In this document: positions 39,801-50,945 of the stretch, piece after piece
Layout of the letters: each line of letters begins with the position of its first letter
Position numbering within the stretch: position 1 is the stretch's first letter
Assembly: GCF_036588685.1 (NCBI RefSeq)
Contig: NC_086376.1
Location: 13,578,001-13,642,000 of the forward strand
Source of the DNA: Mytilus trossulus
Taxonomy: Eukaryota
Reading direction: 5' to 3'
DNA: 64,000 nucleotides
The notes under the pieces: model-generated
Seen by the model: the letters and a program-made list of their open reading frames with translations, nothing else
What the model was told of the DNA's origin: nothing
Databases searched by the model: none
Made by a program: the position numbers and the translations under genes

Positions 39801-42800
39801 ACATCCAGAGTCATAGCTACAGGATTTAACCTAAAAGTTAAATGTCGTTAACTGATTTAAAAAAAAAACCACCATCCAAGAACATTTGAACCCGAGGCCA
39901 AATTCTAGACGGATAATCCTGTTGGTCCCAAACTCATTGCACAGTAGTTACAAAATAAAGAGGACAATCGCACCCTCGCCATACTTCACACACACAAAAC
40001 GTACATGATTCTAGTAACGATATAAGAGTTTTAGGAACATTATCATTTTTATTTCTTATTGATATATCTAAAGTATTGACCTGACACGACCTTCTACTTT
40101 TATGAACCTCCTCCGTGGGTATATCAGTCTGACTTTGAGTTTGGGATGTAGAATGTTTAATTGGTTAACAATACTAATACTCAAAACTTAGTCTTTGCTT
40201 CTACAATGAGAAATATGGTCTCCAACTAGCAATAGACGGAAAAAAAATAGTTAAATACCAGTTCAAAGGCAAAGAACAATTTTGACAGTATTACTAGAGG
40301 GTCCTAGAGGTACAAACTGTGAACAATAAATGTAGGCATATAGTGTTAGTCGTCTTACGCTGTTGAAAAATCATAAATTGAATCAACATATTACATTATG
40401 ACCACTCTGCAAACCAAACCAATATCAATCAAGTCCTTCGCTTACTAAACTAGAGGAACATAATTTCTTAACGATTTCATAAATGTCAAACCAAGAGTAC
40501 TAATGTATAGAAATGTTAAACCTTGGTATTATACCAACCGACATTAAAATCCTTGGTATTATACCAACCGACATTAAAATCCTTGTCAAAAATGGGCGTC
40601 TGTTCGGATGTGCGGGCTATGAGCACGTTGAACAACCAGGTACCGAAAGGCACATTTGCTGGCTCTATCTAACGTTTCCTAATTTCCTAGTGGTAGTCCC
40701 AAATTCTAGGTCGACCTTACTTGCCTATGATATTTATTTTTGATTGTCTTGTCCCGAACATACGTGTAATACTTGCAAATGAACGATTAACAAACGACAG
40801 TCGATCATCAACACTGGTTATTGTGATATTTTGTGATAAAACATACTAGAAATACAATAAAAGCCAATGGTGTAAAAGATTTTGCGAACAGAAAGAAGAG
40901 AAATCAAATATTTGAAACTGCTTTAGAACGCACGACACTGACGCGTTTTAGGTGTGAATGAGTTAAAAAAAAATGTTTTTGGAACAATGCAATATTTTCT
41001 TTCAAATACTGTTTCCCCAACTCATTCGCTTATATGCCATTTATCTGGGATATGGATATGCTACATGAATATGAAGTTTCTTTCTTGTTCAAGATCAAAC
41101 TATTGGAGTTCAACTTGAGGTGTTTAACCTGCAGCTTGGGTTATCCTCTGGAATTATTTTAATATATTCCACAAGTTGAGTGCAACATATTTGAGTCATG
41201 TATCTATCCACAATAGACCAATTAATCGTATATGAAACAATAGATATCAATAATCATCAATCATATAAAGATCTAATAACATAACTCCTTTGTATTGCTT
41301 TGGTTAGAATGTGTGCAAATACATAATAAAGGAAAATCAAGTGTAACGAACTTATTGTTGTAAAAGCGTAATTTGTAATGCGCTAGTTGTTGTAAGAATT
41401 GACTAAGAAATTGAATTCTAACAAACTTCAAAAGATATTCTTAAGTTGAAAGGAGGTACCAAATTTAAAATGTATCTGACCCTCTTCCATCAAATGAAAA
41501 CAATTGGTTTTTCTGCAAGTTTCTGCATTTTTCATTGTGTGCGTAATTGATTTTAAAATGACCACACATTCGTCAATTGGAAATCTTTTAAGAAGCAAGT
41601 TATAAAATTCTATAGTTTATGAACCGAGAAACACCTAAAGCAAAGATTCATCTATTAACCGTTGAAATGTGTCCTTAAACAACTTTTAAACATTTTTAAG
41701 TTTTGCTTCGTACTTTGAATGTTTTTCGACCATTCGACGGTTTGGTAAACAAAACACAAAGAGATAACTTAAATAACAGCATCGCATTAGTCTCTAAAAA
41801 TTTGAAACTTATCCCTGGCTTTCATACATACTTATTATTATTATTATTTGGGAAAGCGGGTGTTTAGACTTCTAAAGGTTCGGATTATGTAACTTTGTTA
41901 TAAATAACAGTCTGCAATGTTTTCTCAAAATTTGCAAGTAACATTCAATATTTCGACAGGGCAAATGCTTACATGTTATAAAATAATAGCTGTCAGTACT
42001 ATAAGGAATCCATCATAATATATAAATGTATATTACCATTATGAATATATTTGTCTGAAAACGTGTTTATTGAATCCATCTCGCTAAAATAATTTGCTTG
42101 TCCAAAACTCGTATTATGAAAACAACTATTACTAAATCGTTTAGTTTTAAGAACATACTCTGTTTGTTCACTAAAGATATTTACTGTAAAGAGAGATGCA
42201 GACTGGAGTAGGTTTTGGGAAACCTTGCCAACATTTTCAAAAAGGGTATTGATGTACAGTAGTTGTCGTTTGTTTATGTAATATATACGTGTTTCTCGTT
42301 TCTCGTTTTGTTTATATAGATTAGACCGTTGGTTTTCCCGTTTGAATGGTTTTACACTAGTAATTTTGGGGCCCTTTATAGCTTGTTGTTCGGTGTGAGC
42401 CAAGGCTCCGTGTTGAAGGCCGTACTTTAACCTATAATGGTTTAATTTTTAAATTGTTATTTGGATGGAGAGTTGTCTCATTGGCACTCACACCACATCT
42501 TCCTATATCTATTAACGTTAAAGTTGATTTTGTGTGTGACAGTAAACTTAACTTGCAACATACGATAAAGTAATCGTATTCATAGAACTGATAGCGGAAG
42601 TAGTAATAACATAGAATTATTAATGCGAAATCCAGTTATCTAATGCGTTTCATTAAACAGCTCCACATAAATTTAAAACAGTTGCTACTAAATGCATGAA
42701 ACAAGCTTAAGATATTCAAATGTGTTTTTTAAAATAACTTTGTTAATTTTTTTACCGTTTAAATTGTCTAACCTTAACAGTGTAAGAGTGCACTGAACAT

Positions 42801-43372
42801 ATGTATTTACCTACATTCAACGAAAAAACGAATATTTATATAGCATATTGGATATTCTTCGTCTTTGAATCAAGTTTCCATTACATCTATAAATACCTTT
42901 TGGTAATTAACATAGTGTAGCCCTCCCATGGAAGTATTCCTAATGTCTCTTTTGTGTAAAAAAAACCCAACATATGCAGATGCGAATCCAGGATTTTCAC
43001 AAAATGGGGAAAAGCTAATTTATATTTGTGGGGGAACAAGTAGAGTCTATGTATTACTTTATAAGCAGCTCAAGGAGGGGCGCCCCTAATCAGCCTCTGA
43101 TATTATTGTCTCCACTTCTATAACCCCCTCAACCGAATTACCAAAGTTTACATATACAATAAAGACAATTTGAGGAACGACGTTTGAGATATACAGGAAA
43201 GAGAAAGTTTCTCCAGCACCTCAACATGCATGATGCAAATATAAAACCGCAACTTAATAGGACATAATGTCTTACCTTGTGAAGAATTTTTAGCATTTGT
43301 ATTATGTAAAATAACTGTCAATACAATCACAATAACTAGTTGTACTCTAAACAAATTTGATGAGTAATCCAT
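739..43372 (-). CDS. Multi-exon SRCR-repeat (DMBT1-like / scavenger receptor cysteine-rich) protein: signal peptide + 16 complete SRCR domains + partial 17th; 3' end uncertain
   Basis: 20 exons joined by hand at GT-AG sites with consistent phases (mostly 1-1) give 5323 nt of open frame. Repeated G.VE...W..VC...W....A.V.C..LG...C.G.E..L..C...C.....V.C motif. Confidence 0.9.
1280..1603 (-). CDS. Exon 19, SRCR16
   Basis: 324 nt, phase 1-1, EGVQFRIG...DAGVVCFKS. Confidence 0.9.
1878..2189 (-). CDS. Exon 18, SRCR15
   Basis: 312 nt, phase 1-1, SVHVTRPSGLFFGNVEVQRYGIWGSICD...AAIVCSKKA. Confidence 0.9.
2520..2834 (-). CDS. Exon 17, SRCR14 (extra vicinal CC)
   Basis: 315 nt, phase 1-1, VRLSGLG...AQCCSAQG...YVSVACTDSDATKY. 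Confidence 0.9.
3163..3355. repeat. 39-bp minisatellite, about 5 copies
   Basis: Unit tttttataatgtacatctttgacatttgtacacatttta, starting 20 nt past the exon 16 donor. Confidence 0.92.
3376..3711 (-). CDS. Exon 16, SRCR13
   Basis: 336 nt, phase 1-1, ETAGFELRITGG...DIGVKCYAS. Confidence 0.9.
4055..4387 (-). CDS. Exon 15, SRCR12
   Basis: 333 nt, phase 1-1, GFELRFENG...AAAFCYKTK. Confidence 0.9.
4705..4873 (-). mobile_element. Degenerate tRNA-derived SINE
   Basis: Minus strand begins ctctgTGGCGGAGTGGtct (A box), with gGTTGtcaGTTGGAACC (B-box-like) downstream. Confidence 0.55.
5396..5707 (-). CDS. Exon 14, SRCR11 (extra vicinal CC)
   Basis: 312 nt, phase 1-1, VNTSPGDDYG...SLCCSAFG...YASVVCTDKEPSHK. 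Confidence 0.9.
6167..6487 (-). CDS. Exon 13, SRCR10
   Basis: 321 nt, phase 1-1, GVEIKLVDGKKHYGRVEI...DAGVTCSRR. Confidence 0.9.
6980..7252. mobile_element. MITE, Kolobok-like (TTAA target)
   Basis: TIR ggtggtacgtaacact / agtgttaggtaccacc (1 mismatch); flanks ttta and ttaa. Confidence 0.7.
7382..7693 (-). CDS. Exon 12, SRCR9
   Basis: 312 nt, phase 1-1, EKKFYISDGYHGSVL...NAGVLCYNST. Confidence 0.9.
8351..8680 (-). CDS. Exon 11, SRCR8
   Basis: 330 nt, phase 1-1, VKLLEGKKGAGYITGRVEVLNQNKWYSICATNF...YASLLCIKNSGFEP. Confidence 0.9.
8837..9132. mobile_element. Palindromic non-autonomous element with long terminal hairpin
   Basis: Perfect 18-bp inverted repeat 8837-8854/8993-9010, then a hairpin at 9012-9132 with a perfect 35-bp stem. 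Confidence 0.7.
9846..9994 (-). CDS. Exon 10, C-half of SRCR7 (absent from ORF track)
   Basis: 149 nt, phase 2-1, VKPGNEPAFLSNIWCTGTETSLLGCSSYGYRVLNIPDCKDHVGVYCWKN. Confidence 0.88.
10641..10797 (-). CDS. Exon 9, N-half of SRCR7
   Basis: 157 nt, phase 1-2, APHTLLRDGGDNYGRV...VVCRSMGYNSGEPM. Confidence 0.88.
11347..11661 (-). CDS. Exon 8, SRCR6
   Basis: 315 nt, phase 1-1, VVKVNIGG...VAGAICYNSF. Confidence 0.9.
11940..12427 (-). repeat. Near-complete copy of an abundant dispersed repeat (end motif gttgtctcattggcaatcataccacatcttc); partial copies near 3120, 6020, 8780, 13370-13605, 18010-18180, 30295, 42256-42511, 52150-52290
   Basis: Repeated alignable matches within the window, on both strands. 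Confidence 0.8.
12479..12799 (-). CDS. Exon 7, SRCR5
   Basis: 321 nt, phase 1-1, VRLLQS...YAAVSCFNGSSDT. Confidence 0.9.
13617..13928 (-). CDS. Exon 6, SRCR4
   Basis: 312 nt, phase 1-1, PRMSIVGGGQTGRVEI...DVEVLCYTD. Confidence 0.9.
14276..14433. mobile_element. GC-rich MITE with 5-bp TSD
   Basis: TIR cagtggcggat / atccgccactg; TACCA on both sides; degenerate relatives near 31113-31270 and 42976-43098. Confidence 0.8.
16678..16983 (-). CDS. Exon 5, SRCR3
   Basis: 306 nt, phase 1-1, FDVRIVDGGDAWGRVEV...VSVLCYKKE. Confidence 0.9.
17438..17779 (-). CDS. Exon 4, SRCR2
   Basis: 342 nt, phase 1-1, QLRYAKN...LAGAVCYETSLSNIDM. Confidence 0.9.
18899..19421. mobile_element. MITE, hAT-like (8-bp TSD)
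   Basis: Perfect 24-bp TIR tagtccgagattactctgacgtcc; perfect TSD TTTAAATC at 18891-18898 and 19422-19429. Confidence 0.88.
21163..21331 (-). CDS. Exon 3, C-half of SRCR1 (absent from ORF track)
   Basis: IGHSLAHFGQGKGQIYLDEVICKGHETSLDECLTNPWGVHNCNHQEDAGVSCFNVT; ttttcag acceptor phase 0, GTAGGT donor phase 1. Confidence 0.9.
21356..22114 (+). mobile_element. Non-autonomous Helitron
   Basis: 5' TC, 3' CTAG, inserted between A and T; subterminal hairpin acccgcgat/atcacgggt at 22088-22105; internal ~145-bp duplication 420 nt apart. Confidence 0.85.
22599..26966. repeat. 77-bp tandem satellite, about 57 units, intronic
   Basis: Unit gatgtatataccctccccatagattgagaaagtggtgtaaccccacatcgtaagaatacagtgtaaacatcagttat, with 60-bp and 79-bp variant units. 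Confidence 0.98.
27530..27681 (-). CDS. Exon 2, N-half of SRCR1
   Basis: AFYVRLKDGKTTSSGRVEISKDKANWGTICDDFWDNDAATVVCRQLGFTWG; tag acceptor, phase-0 GTAAGT donor. Confidence 0.9.
35750..35975 (-). mobile_element. tRNA-derived SINE (MetaSINE-like body)
   Basis: Minus strand has a tRNA-like head with GTTCGAAC B box, followed by aaaattggaatgtgctgctactccactaagtaagcggcattaaggag; family assigned from recall. Confidence 0.6.
40521..40580. repeat. Exact 30-bp tandem duplication
   Basis: ccttggtattataccaaccgacattaaaat x2. Confidence 0.95.
43276..43372 (-). CDS. Exon 1, signal peptide MDYSSNLFRVQLVIVIVLTVILHNTNAKNSSQ
   Basis: ATG, hydrophobic core and T-N-A cleavage-like motif; G|GTAAG phase-1 donor matches the phase-1 acceptor of exon 2. 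The link across a 15.6-kb intron is inferred. Confidence 0.72.
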
Positions 43373-43440
43373 AATGTCGATATATATTCATTAAACGGAT
43401 CCTTTTATGATTCTTATTCTCTCATTATCATTTGTCAATA

Positions 43441-43540
43441 ATCACAAACTATTCTTAATCTTTAGAAGTTTATAAATGACCATAGGTATACAGTTTTCAC
43501 CTGTAAACACGTGCTTTATCCAGGTGTGAATCAAAGCGGA
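43441..43540 (-). promoter_or_regulatory. Putative core promoter of the SRCR gene
   Basis: TATAAA (minus strand) at 43469-43474, about 100 nt upstream of the ATG; adjacent cluster CACCTG, GTAAACA, CACGTG, TTATC, CAGGTG, ATCAAAG at 43498-43536. Confidence 0.4.
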
Positions 43541-46500
43541 ACGTTTTAACTGTTATGTCCTTTTACGAGTATGTATATGTATCTTCACTTTTGATTCAAC
43601 AGAACATCCATATCATATTTGATAAAAGGAAACAGAAAATAAACAATAAAATAAAATAATTATGTGTTGAGTAGCTTTGTATTTTTCTTAAGAAGTAAGA
43701 ATGATGGTCGTAGCCTATAGCCGAGATGAACAGGGATCCATAAGACAACTGTCAAATACTATCAATCACTAAACTCGTCATGTTGGGCCTAAAGGCATTG
43801 TATTACGTAGTTTATCGCTTACCTTTAATACTCATAAATGATTTGATTGGAGAACTATAATATGTTTTATTTGATAATTAATACAAAAACAATAATATCG
43901 GACATGTACACTTGTAAAAAACGACATCTTTAGGGAACAGTATATTCCCACAGATAGCTTTTATTAAATACAAATACATGTACATGAAAACCAACTTGAA
44001 AGTGAAATCTATAATAGATACATGTTTGGATTGAGGCGAAGTATAATATGTAATTTGGGGGTGTGTCGAATTTTTAAGAAATTTTGTATGTATTTAGAAC
44101 TTTACTCTTTGAACAGCCAAAAAGGATAGATAAAGATAAAAACGAGAGAGTAAAAGTTTCGCGCAATGCGAATGTACCTGACGTAAAAAGAAATTTAAAA
44201 GTTCGAAGTTAAAGTAACCCAAATGGTAATATTATTTATACAGTAATTAAAATACATTTCATCATACATTACATCAAAATCTACTTTTATTCAGCAAGTT
44301 GATTGTGATGTTAATGTCTATTGCGTACTGTTGATATGTTCTAAAACCCGGAAAACAGACACAAGCATTACCCAAAATAAAAGAACAAAAGCAAAATGAT
44401 GCATACATATCACCCAAAAAATCAGAAAACATATTATATTCAGGCCACTAAAGGAGATATCTTATATACGCAATTGAAGAATACAGAATGACAGACAATA
44501 TAGAGGTGACATGCTTTCAATGGAAGCAATGCAGCATGATGATACAATAGACTGTTTAACAACAGTAAACTAAATTGATGAGACTGTCGTAAAGTGAGAG
44601 GTTTAGCGCTATAAAACCAGGTTCAATCCACCAATTTTTAGATTTGAAAATGATGCCTGAGTGTACCAAGTCAGGAATATGGCAGTTATTGTCCATTCGT
44701 TTGATGTGTTTTGTCATTTGATTTTGCTATTTGATTAGGGACTCTTCGTTTTGAATTTTCCTCGGAGTTCAGTAATTTTGTGATTTTACTTTTTACACTA
44801 ATGGTACATATTTTACTGAACAAGATGCGCATTCGGACAAAATGTCTCTAATTAGTGATGCTCGACATTAAAATATCAAACCACATCTTCATTTTGATAT
44901 TAATAAAAAAGAAAAAGAAAAAAGAAATGAGAAATAAAAACTAGACAAAAAAAAAAGCCTAAACCGGACAAGGAATCAAAGCTATGCACGAGGGAGAAAT
45001 ATTCCATAATTTAAAACAATTTCCAAAATTTAGTAACAGCAAATTTATAAATCACAAAATTTGTAATTTAATGTCAACACCGATTTGCTTAACTTGGCAT
45101 ACGTCTGTATCTATAGACGCTTACCCTGTCCAGGTAACCGTTCGCGCTGTAATTGGAGTCTATGCGATTTTCATAGATTTTTGAATGGTACGTTGGATAA
45201 AAAAAAAAATTCACACAATACTGAACTCCGAGGAAAATTCAAAACGTAAAGTCCCAAATTAAATGGCAAAATCAAAAGACAAATCACACCTAACGAATGG
45301 TAATTTATCCTTTCTGTAGAAAACCCTTAGTATTTGGAAGAAAATCAAAGTATTGCAAAGAGTTAATTAATAATTATGGCCATATCAATGATAATTCTTG
45401 TCAACACCGTGAAGTTTTAGCTGTTTGAATTATTCAATATCAAAATATTTTAATGCTTTACGCGCGTCTGGCGTACTAAATTATAATCCTGGCACCTTTG
45501 ATAACTATTTACCTGCTTTTAGCACCTACTTCTTGTTCCCGCTTTTAGAGACAGCTGTAAACTTGTACATGTTATCGAAGAATAATATAATATTACACAC
45601 ACATGTGAATAATCTAAACTTTTAAACCAGTGTCTGAGCCGAAATTGATGAACCAGGGGTATGTCACAGAACGTCTCGTCATTTTTTTCTCTCTCAAAAA
45701 AGCTCATGGGAAGAAATTAAGAACGTTTTAAAATATATTCCTATAAAAAAGAAGATAATCAACTTCACAAATAAAACAAGATGAACTAGAAGTATATATT
45801 CTAGGTGCTGATGTTGTTTATCTCCTTAAAAACGTTCTGGTAGTTTTTTACACTTGTCTTTGTTAAATATTATCTTTACGATTTAGTATATTTTTGGTAA
45901 CAACCATTTGACGTGGCTCGGTACTTATACATCACGTCATTGTACTATGGTATTTCTTTTTGTAATCTTGTCTTTCACTAATGTACTTTGTTTGCCGTTT
46001 TGTTTTTCTTTGTAAACTTCTTTGTTTGGTCTTATAGTGATTAGATTATAATACTATGTTGGATGCATTACCCTTATTCTTTTTTTTTTTTTTTTTTACC
46101 ATTTTACCACTTCGGATATCATGTATATCTACTATATGGTCATTTTATAAAAATGACTGTTCGCAAAAGTATGAGTTATCCTGAACAATAAGAATGTTCT
46201 TATCCCAGACAGAAAACCCTAACCGGATTGGTCACTACTTTTTGGAACTTTTGGTCCTCAGTGGCCTTCAACTTTGTACTTGTTTTGGCTTTTTAACTTT
46301 TTTAATCTGAGCGCCACTGGTTAGTCTCGTGGTCGAAACGCACGCCTGGCGTATTAATGTTTAAACCTGGTACCTTTTGGTAGCTATTATTCGTTTGTTT
46401 CTCTTTCCTATATGTTCTCCCATTTATTTGTATTGTAGTCCTGTCATGTAATGTTGTCATTTTAACATTGCCATAAAAGCGGGAGGTTGGCATGCCACAA

Positions 46501-47079
46501 CACCAGGTTCAACCAAGTCAGGAAAATGGCCATTGTTATATTATAGTTTGTTTCGGTGTGTGTTACATTTTAATGTTGTGTCGTAGTTCTCCTCTTATAT
46601 TTGATGCGTTTCACTCGGTTTTAATTTGTAACCCGAATTAGTTTTCTCTCTCAATCTATTTATGAACTTCGAACAGCGGGAAACTACTGTTGCCTTTATT
46701 TACCTATTTTGGAGTTCACACATGCATTGATTTAGACAACATTTATATCAGTGAGAGGTTAAGCTAGTATTTAAACCAGATTCAATCCACCACTTTCTAA
46801 ATAAAAAAAAATGCCTGTATATACCAACCAGGAAAATGACAGTTGTCATCTATTCGCTTGCTGTTAGTGAGCTAATGATTTTGCCATTAGATTACGGACC
46901 TTTCTACACTATAATTTATTAGGAGGAAAATTTAAAACACTTCAACAAAGACTTTATAGGAAACTGTCTACATCTCTTTGTTCGTTGTCTTGTATTACGC
47001 AGGCACTGTATGTGACATATATCTACAGAAAGACTTTAACCGTATAGAGAGCATACAACTACATCTAACTTCGCATCCA

Positions 47080-47460
47080 TGAAAGAATGCCCTTGAAGAA
47101 AGAAGTTTACCGCTTGTAGAAAGACGAGAACAGCGTCTGGTATAACTGTACAAAATAGTATACGACCTGGTAGCCATCACATCGAATTTAAAACTAGACT
47201 GTAGAGAACTTCAAACATTATACAACTAAAACTTTTATCAGCCAATTCTAACATTAATAAACTTTCATTTTTTCCCACTAACTATTATTGATTGGAATTG
47301 ATTACCAAACACTGCAATGCATTAAAAAACTGTAGAAAGATTTCATGCCGTTTTCTCGTTTCCAGTATTGTACAGATCAGACGTGTCAGCGTACTTGCAC
47401 ATCCCTCGCATCTGAAATGGAAGAACCACTCTGACGAGGACTATACTGCTGGTCTGAAGA
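47080..47460 (+). mobile_element. Decayed 3' end of a CR1/L2-type LINE
   Basis: Translates to LPLVERREQRLV*LYKIVYDLVAI and FFPLTIIDWN*LP, like the C-terminus of CR1-type ORF2. Confidence 0.55.
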
Positions 47461-48371
47461 TTAAAATGACTATATTTATATTCCCAAGTCACTTTGGGGA
47501 CTAACTGAACATTGATATAAAATATATATATAATACAATGGTACGTACAACTGTCACATTTGTAAACATACATTGAGAAAAAAGGATATGTAAAAAAAAC
47601 TATACATCGAAAGATGTACTATACCTACATGGACTATTGATACAGTAGCACTTTGATTTTTTTCTAATGAAGATATTATTCACCTCTTCAGAATGAAAAT
47701 ACACAGAACAGCCATAATTAGAGGATACTGTGAGAATTGAAAATAAAAAATGAAACAAAATACAATACTACAGAATACGGCTACCCTAACAGAGGAAACG
47801 AAAGTGGAATTCTTCGAGACATTAATGGTAAACTCTTTTAAATAAGAATTCACAATGCGAGGTGTTGTAAATATTGTAATAAGCTATCGACATTCTGAAC
47901 GCCTGCTTATATAAATTGGTTATCGCTACTACCATTGCACGCTAATATTAAGAGAACACGATATACATCATAGCATAGAAATATTTATTTTTGGGTATAT
48001 CTTACCTCTTAGGCTTGATGTTATTTTATTTGAAACAGTATTTCATCAAAGGAAATGTTATGGATGGAGAAAGAACTTTAAGAACAAACACCAGATTGGA
48101 CCTAATGACTCAAGCCTAAAACACTACTTTAACAGAAGATATAAAGATAAACATGGAAATTACACTGTATCAAGGGTCTTCTTACAAGCTGCAGACCCAA
48201 ATTTGAAATTGGATTGTCTGAAAGAGGGACAAAAGATACCAGAGGGACAGTCAAACTCATAAAACGAAAATAAACTGACAACGTCATGGCTAAAAATGAA
48301 AAGGACAAACAATAGTACACATGACACAACATAGAAAACTAAAGAAATTCCACCACCTCTGACTGGATGGA

Positions 48372-48906
48372 ACTGAAATTGATGTGTTCTTTGATCATGA
48401 AACCACCGGATTAGGTAAAAAGAGTGACATCATTCAGATAGCAGCACTGACCAACGTTAAAAAGTTCCAGAGATATGTTATTCCCCGAGTAGAAATAAAT
48501 CTTGGAAGCAAGTAAGGTAACTGGGATAACATATAGCCATTCCATAAACACAATGTACTTCAGATGTAAAAAGGTTCAACTGGTTACATTAGATAAAGCA
48601 CTTGTCGATTTCATTTCTTTTTTAAAAGAATTTAACCACCCAATTCTTATTGAAAATAACTTTTGCAACTTTAACATTCCAATCATTATTGATAATTTAA
48701 AAGAATGTAAGCATTTTGCAACATCTTCCTCTATTGCAAATGTATTCATTAAAACCTTGAAGGTTGCCAAAAAATATATTTCGAATACAGATATTCCTAA
48801 TTTTAAACATCAAACTCTTGTGAAGCATATTTTAGGAGAAACATATTTGGCTCAAAAGTCTATTGTGGATGCTCAATCCTTGCATAATTTGTATGCAATG
48901 AAATAG
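48372..48906 (+). pseudogene. DEDDh (DnaQ-like) 3'-5' exonuclease pseudogene
   Basis: VFFDHETTGL..SDIIQIAA..F.RYVIP, frameshift near 48502, then EASKVTGI..ALVDFISFL..PILIENN..FNIP..KTL..LGETYLAQ..VDAQSL; ExoII/III catalytic residues degenerate; no introns. Confidence 0.78.
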
Positions 48907-49401
48907 GTACGCCACATCGAATATGATATCTTTTTCTGCCTTTTTAACCACCAATATCTAGATTCCTCCGCTAATATTTTGAAGACCAAGGCAGTAAGCA
49001 GGGTATATTCATCTTAAACTGGCTGCCTCAGGAGATTGCAACGGATTCAAATATGTTTTTGAAGACCACAATGTTCCATTAAAAAGTGTGAAAGTCTGAT
49101 ATGAAAGATATCATTGTAGCATGAGTTCGAATAACGGCGAGGGAAAAACGTAAAAAAATTTAAAAGGTATTTTGGAACAGAGGGAAAGAATATTTCCTTC
49201 AGGGACAAATTAGCTGTAAAAACGTATACGTAGTAAATGCAATTAACTGTTCAAATTGCGAAAAACAGGTGATTCACTATTGAACTTTTCAAAAACTTGA
49301 ACAAAGAAAACAGACAACCAACCACTTCATTCAACATAATCATTCTTTGAAAAGACTAAAAGTTGCCGCCATAAAAAGAGTATTTGGAACAGACATTTAC
49401 A

Positions 49402-49445
49402 GCATCACTGAAGAGACATGTATTGTCGAAATGCGCATCTGGTGC
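49402..49445 (+). ncRNA. Minimal type I hammerhead ribozyme (retrozyme/Penelope-associated type)
   Basis: gcatca-CTGAAGA-gaca-tgtat-tgtc-GAAA-t-gcgc-aTC^tggtgc: complete core, 6-bp stem I, 4-bp stem II, 2-bp stem III with palindromic loop. Confidence 0.8.
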
Positions 49446-50294
49446 AAGAAAATTGGTACCGTTAATTTTATTACAGAAAAACTGAAGAAGTCTTTGACTT
49501 TGGATAAAAACTATAGAGCCTGAAGGACTCAATAAAATGTATGAACTCGGTACATGCATTTTCTTATATACTAAATGGTGGATCAAACCTGGTTTTATAG
49601 CTAACTTAACCTCGCAATTGTATGAAAGTGGGGCGAAAGAGAGGGACATTCAAACACATAGATCGAAAACAAACTTACAACGCCTTGACTAAAAAAGTAA
49701 AATAGACAAATAATTATTCACAAGACAAACTATAGAGACTTAACCAACACGAAACCCACCAAAAACTAGGGTGATCTCGGGTGCCCGGAAGGGACAGACA
49801 CTATTATATTGAAAAGGATGTGTGAATCAATATGATAATGCATTGAACTCAACTAACTCTAAAATATCCAAGAAAAGATAATTTCAAATTTTAATATCTT
49901 GGCCGATTTTAAGCTCTTAAATGTTTGTTGACGTGCCAACTTTGAATTTGAACTCAGCAGATGCAAGCACAGAAACTAAAGTAACTATTAACATGAGAAA
50001 ATGACGAGCTAAAATCAGAAATAGAAAAGCTAAAACTTGAAATTCAAAGGATAGACAATATTTGGATAAAAATATGCTTAAAATAGTTAAGTCAAGTTCA
50101 ATTAAATTATGGCTGCCTTAGAAGAGAATATATCAAATTCAGATGTTATAGTATTCGTAAAAGTGCATGGCAATTTAAAATGGATTTTAAATGAAGAGAA
50201 TAAGCAAGTGGGAAATATTCCGGAAGAGATGTTCTAACCATAGAAGCAATGTTAAACTATAATCTGAAAAGAAAACTTTACAAAAATCAATAAG

Positions 50295-50870
50295 AAGCGT
50301 CAAACCGCCTTTTAAAACTATCTTATCTGATTTAAAAACACCAGAATTTACCAACGATGTTAAGGCTCTATGTTTAATTTGCACATGATTTACATGTCCA
50401 TTATGGCATATTCTGGAGGACAAATCTATGAGCATAATAGGCATGAACACCAAATATCTTCAACTTACAAAGTTTTTTTATCCATGAATTAGATAATACT
50501 GACAATTTTATGAAAGGTCAATTACTACCGTTTAGTCAAGCTACTTTTATCGTAGAGGAACATATTTCCACATGTTAATTGGAATCGTCTGATGATGGCA
50601 TTGCCAAAACATATTTACAAGTGTTGTTTCTTTCCCATGGGAAACTTAGTAACACACTATTAACAAAAGATAATTTACCAGGTGGTAAACTTGTGGGAAT
50701 GGACCCTTCTGTTGTAGATAAGTTTAAATTTACTCTTAAAAATTAGCTGTATTGATGAAAGTGTATTTGGCCAATTAGACCATTGACTTGATGTAAATCA
50801 AATTTAAGTACATGTACGTTATCTGCCGAAGCTTTTTTGAATAACAAAGTTACTGGATAAACCAGAATTT
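50295..50870 (+). pseudogene. Decayed coding relic, probably transposase-like
   Basis: Interrupted frames read NRLLK/TILSDLKTPEF..VKALCLI..FTCPLWHILEDKSMSIIGMNTKYLQL and KDNLPGGK...ESVFGQLD; family assigned from recall only. Confidence 0.45.
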
Positions 50871-50945
50871 GAACGTATAATGCTAATGTATGAGGCCACA
50901 ACAGATTTTGATACAGTTTAAATTACAACAAAGAAAGGAGATTGC

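Noticed and set aside
41999-42403. 134-aa ORF
   Set aside because: Starts inside a dispersed repeat and has no protein features
739-43372. Gene symbol DMBT1
   Set aside because: No CUB or ZP domains or SID linkers seen; orthology cannot be established from this window
47425-47462. Hammerhead-like CTGACGA-ggac...gtct-GAAG
   Set aside because: GAAA core is broken and there is no stem I or III pairing; more likely a LINE 3' UTR stem-loop
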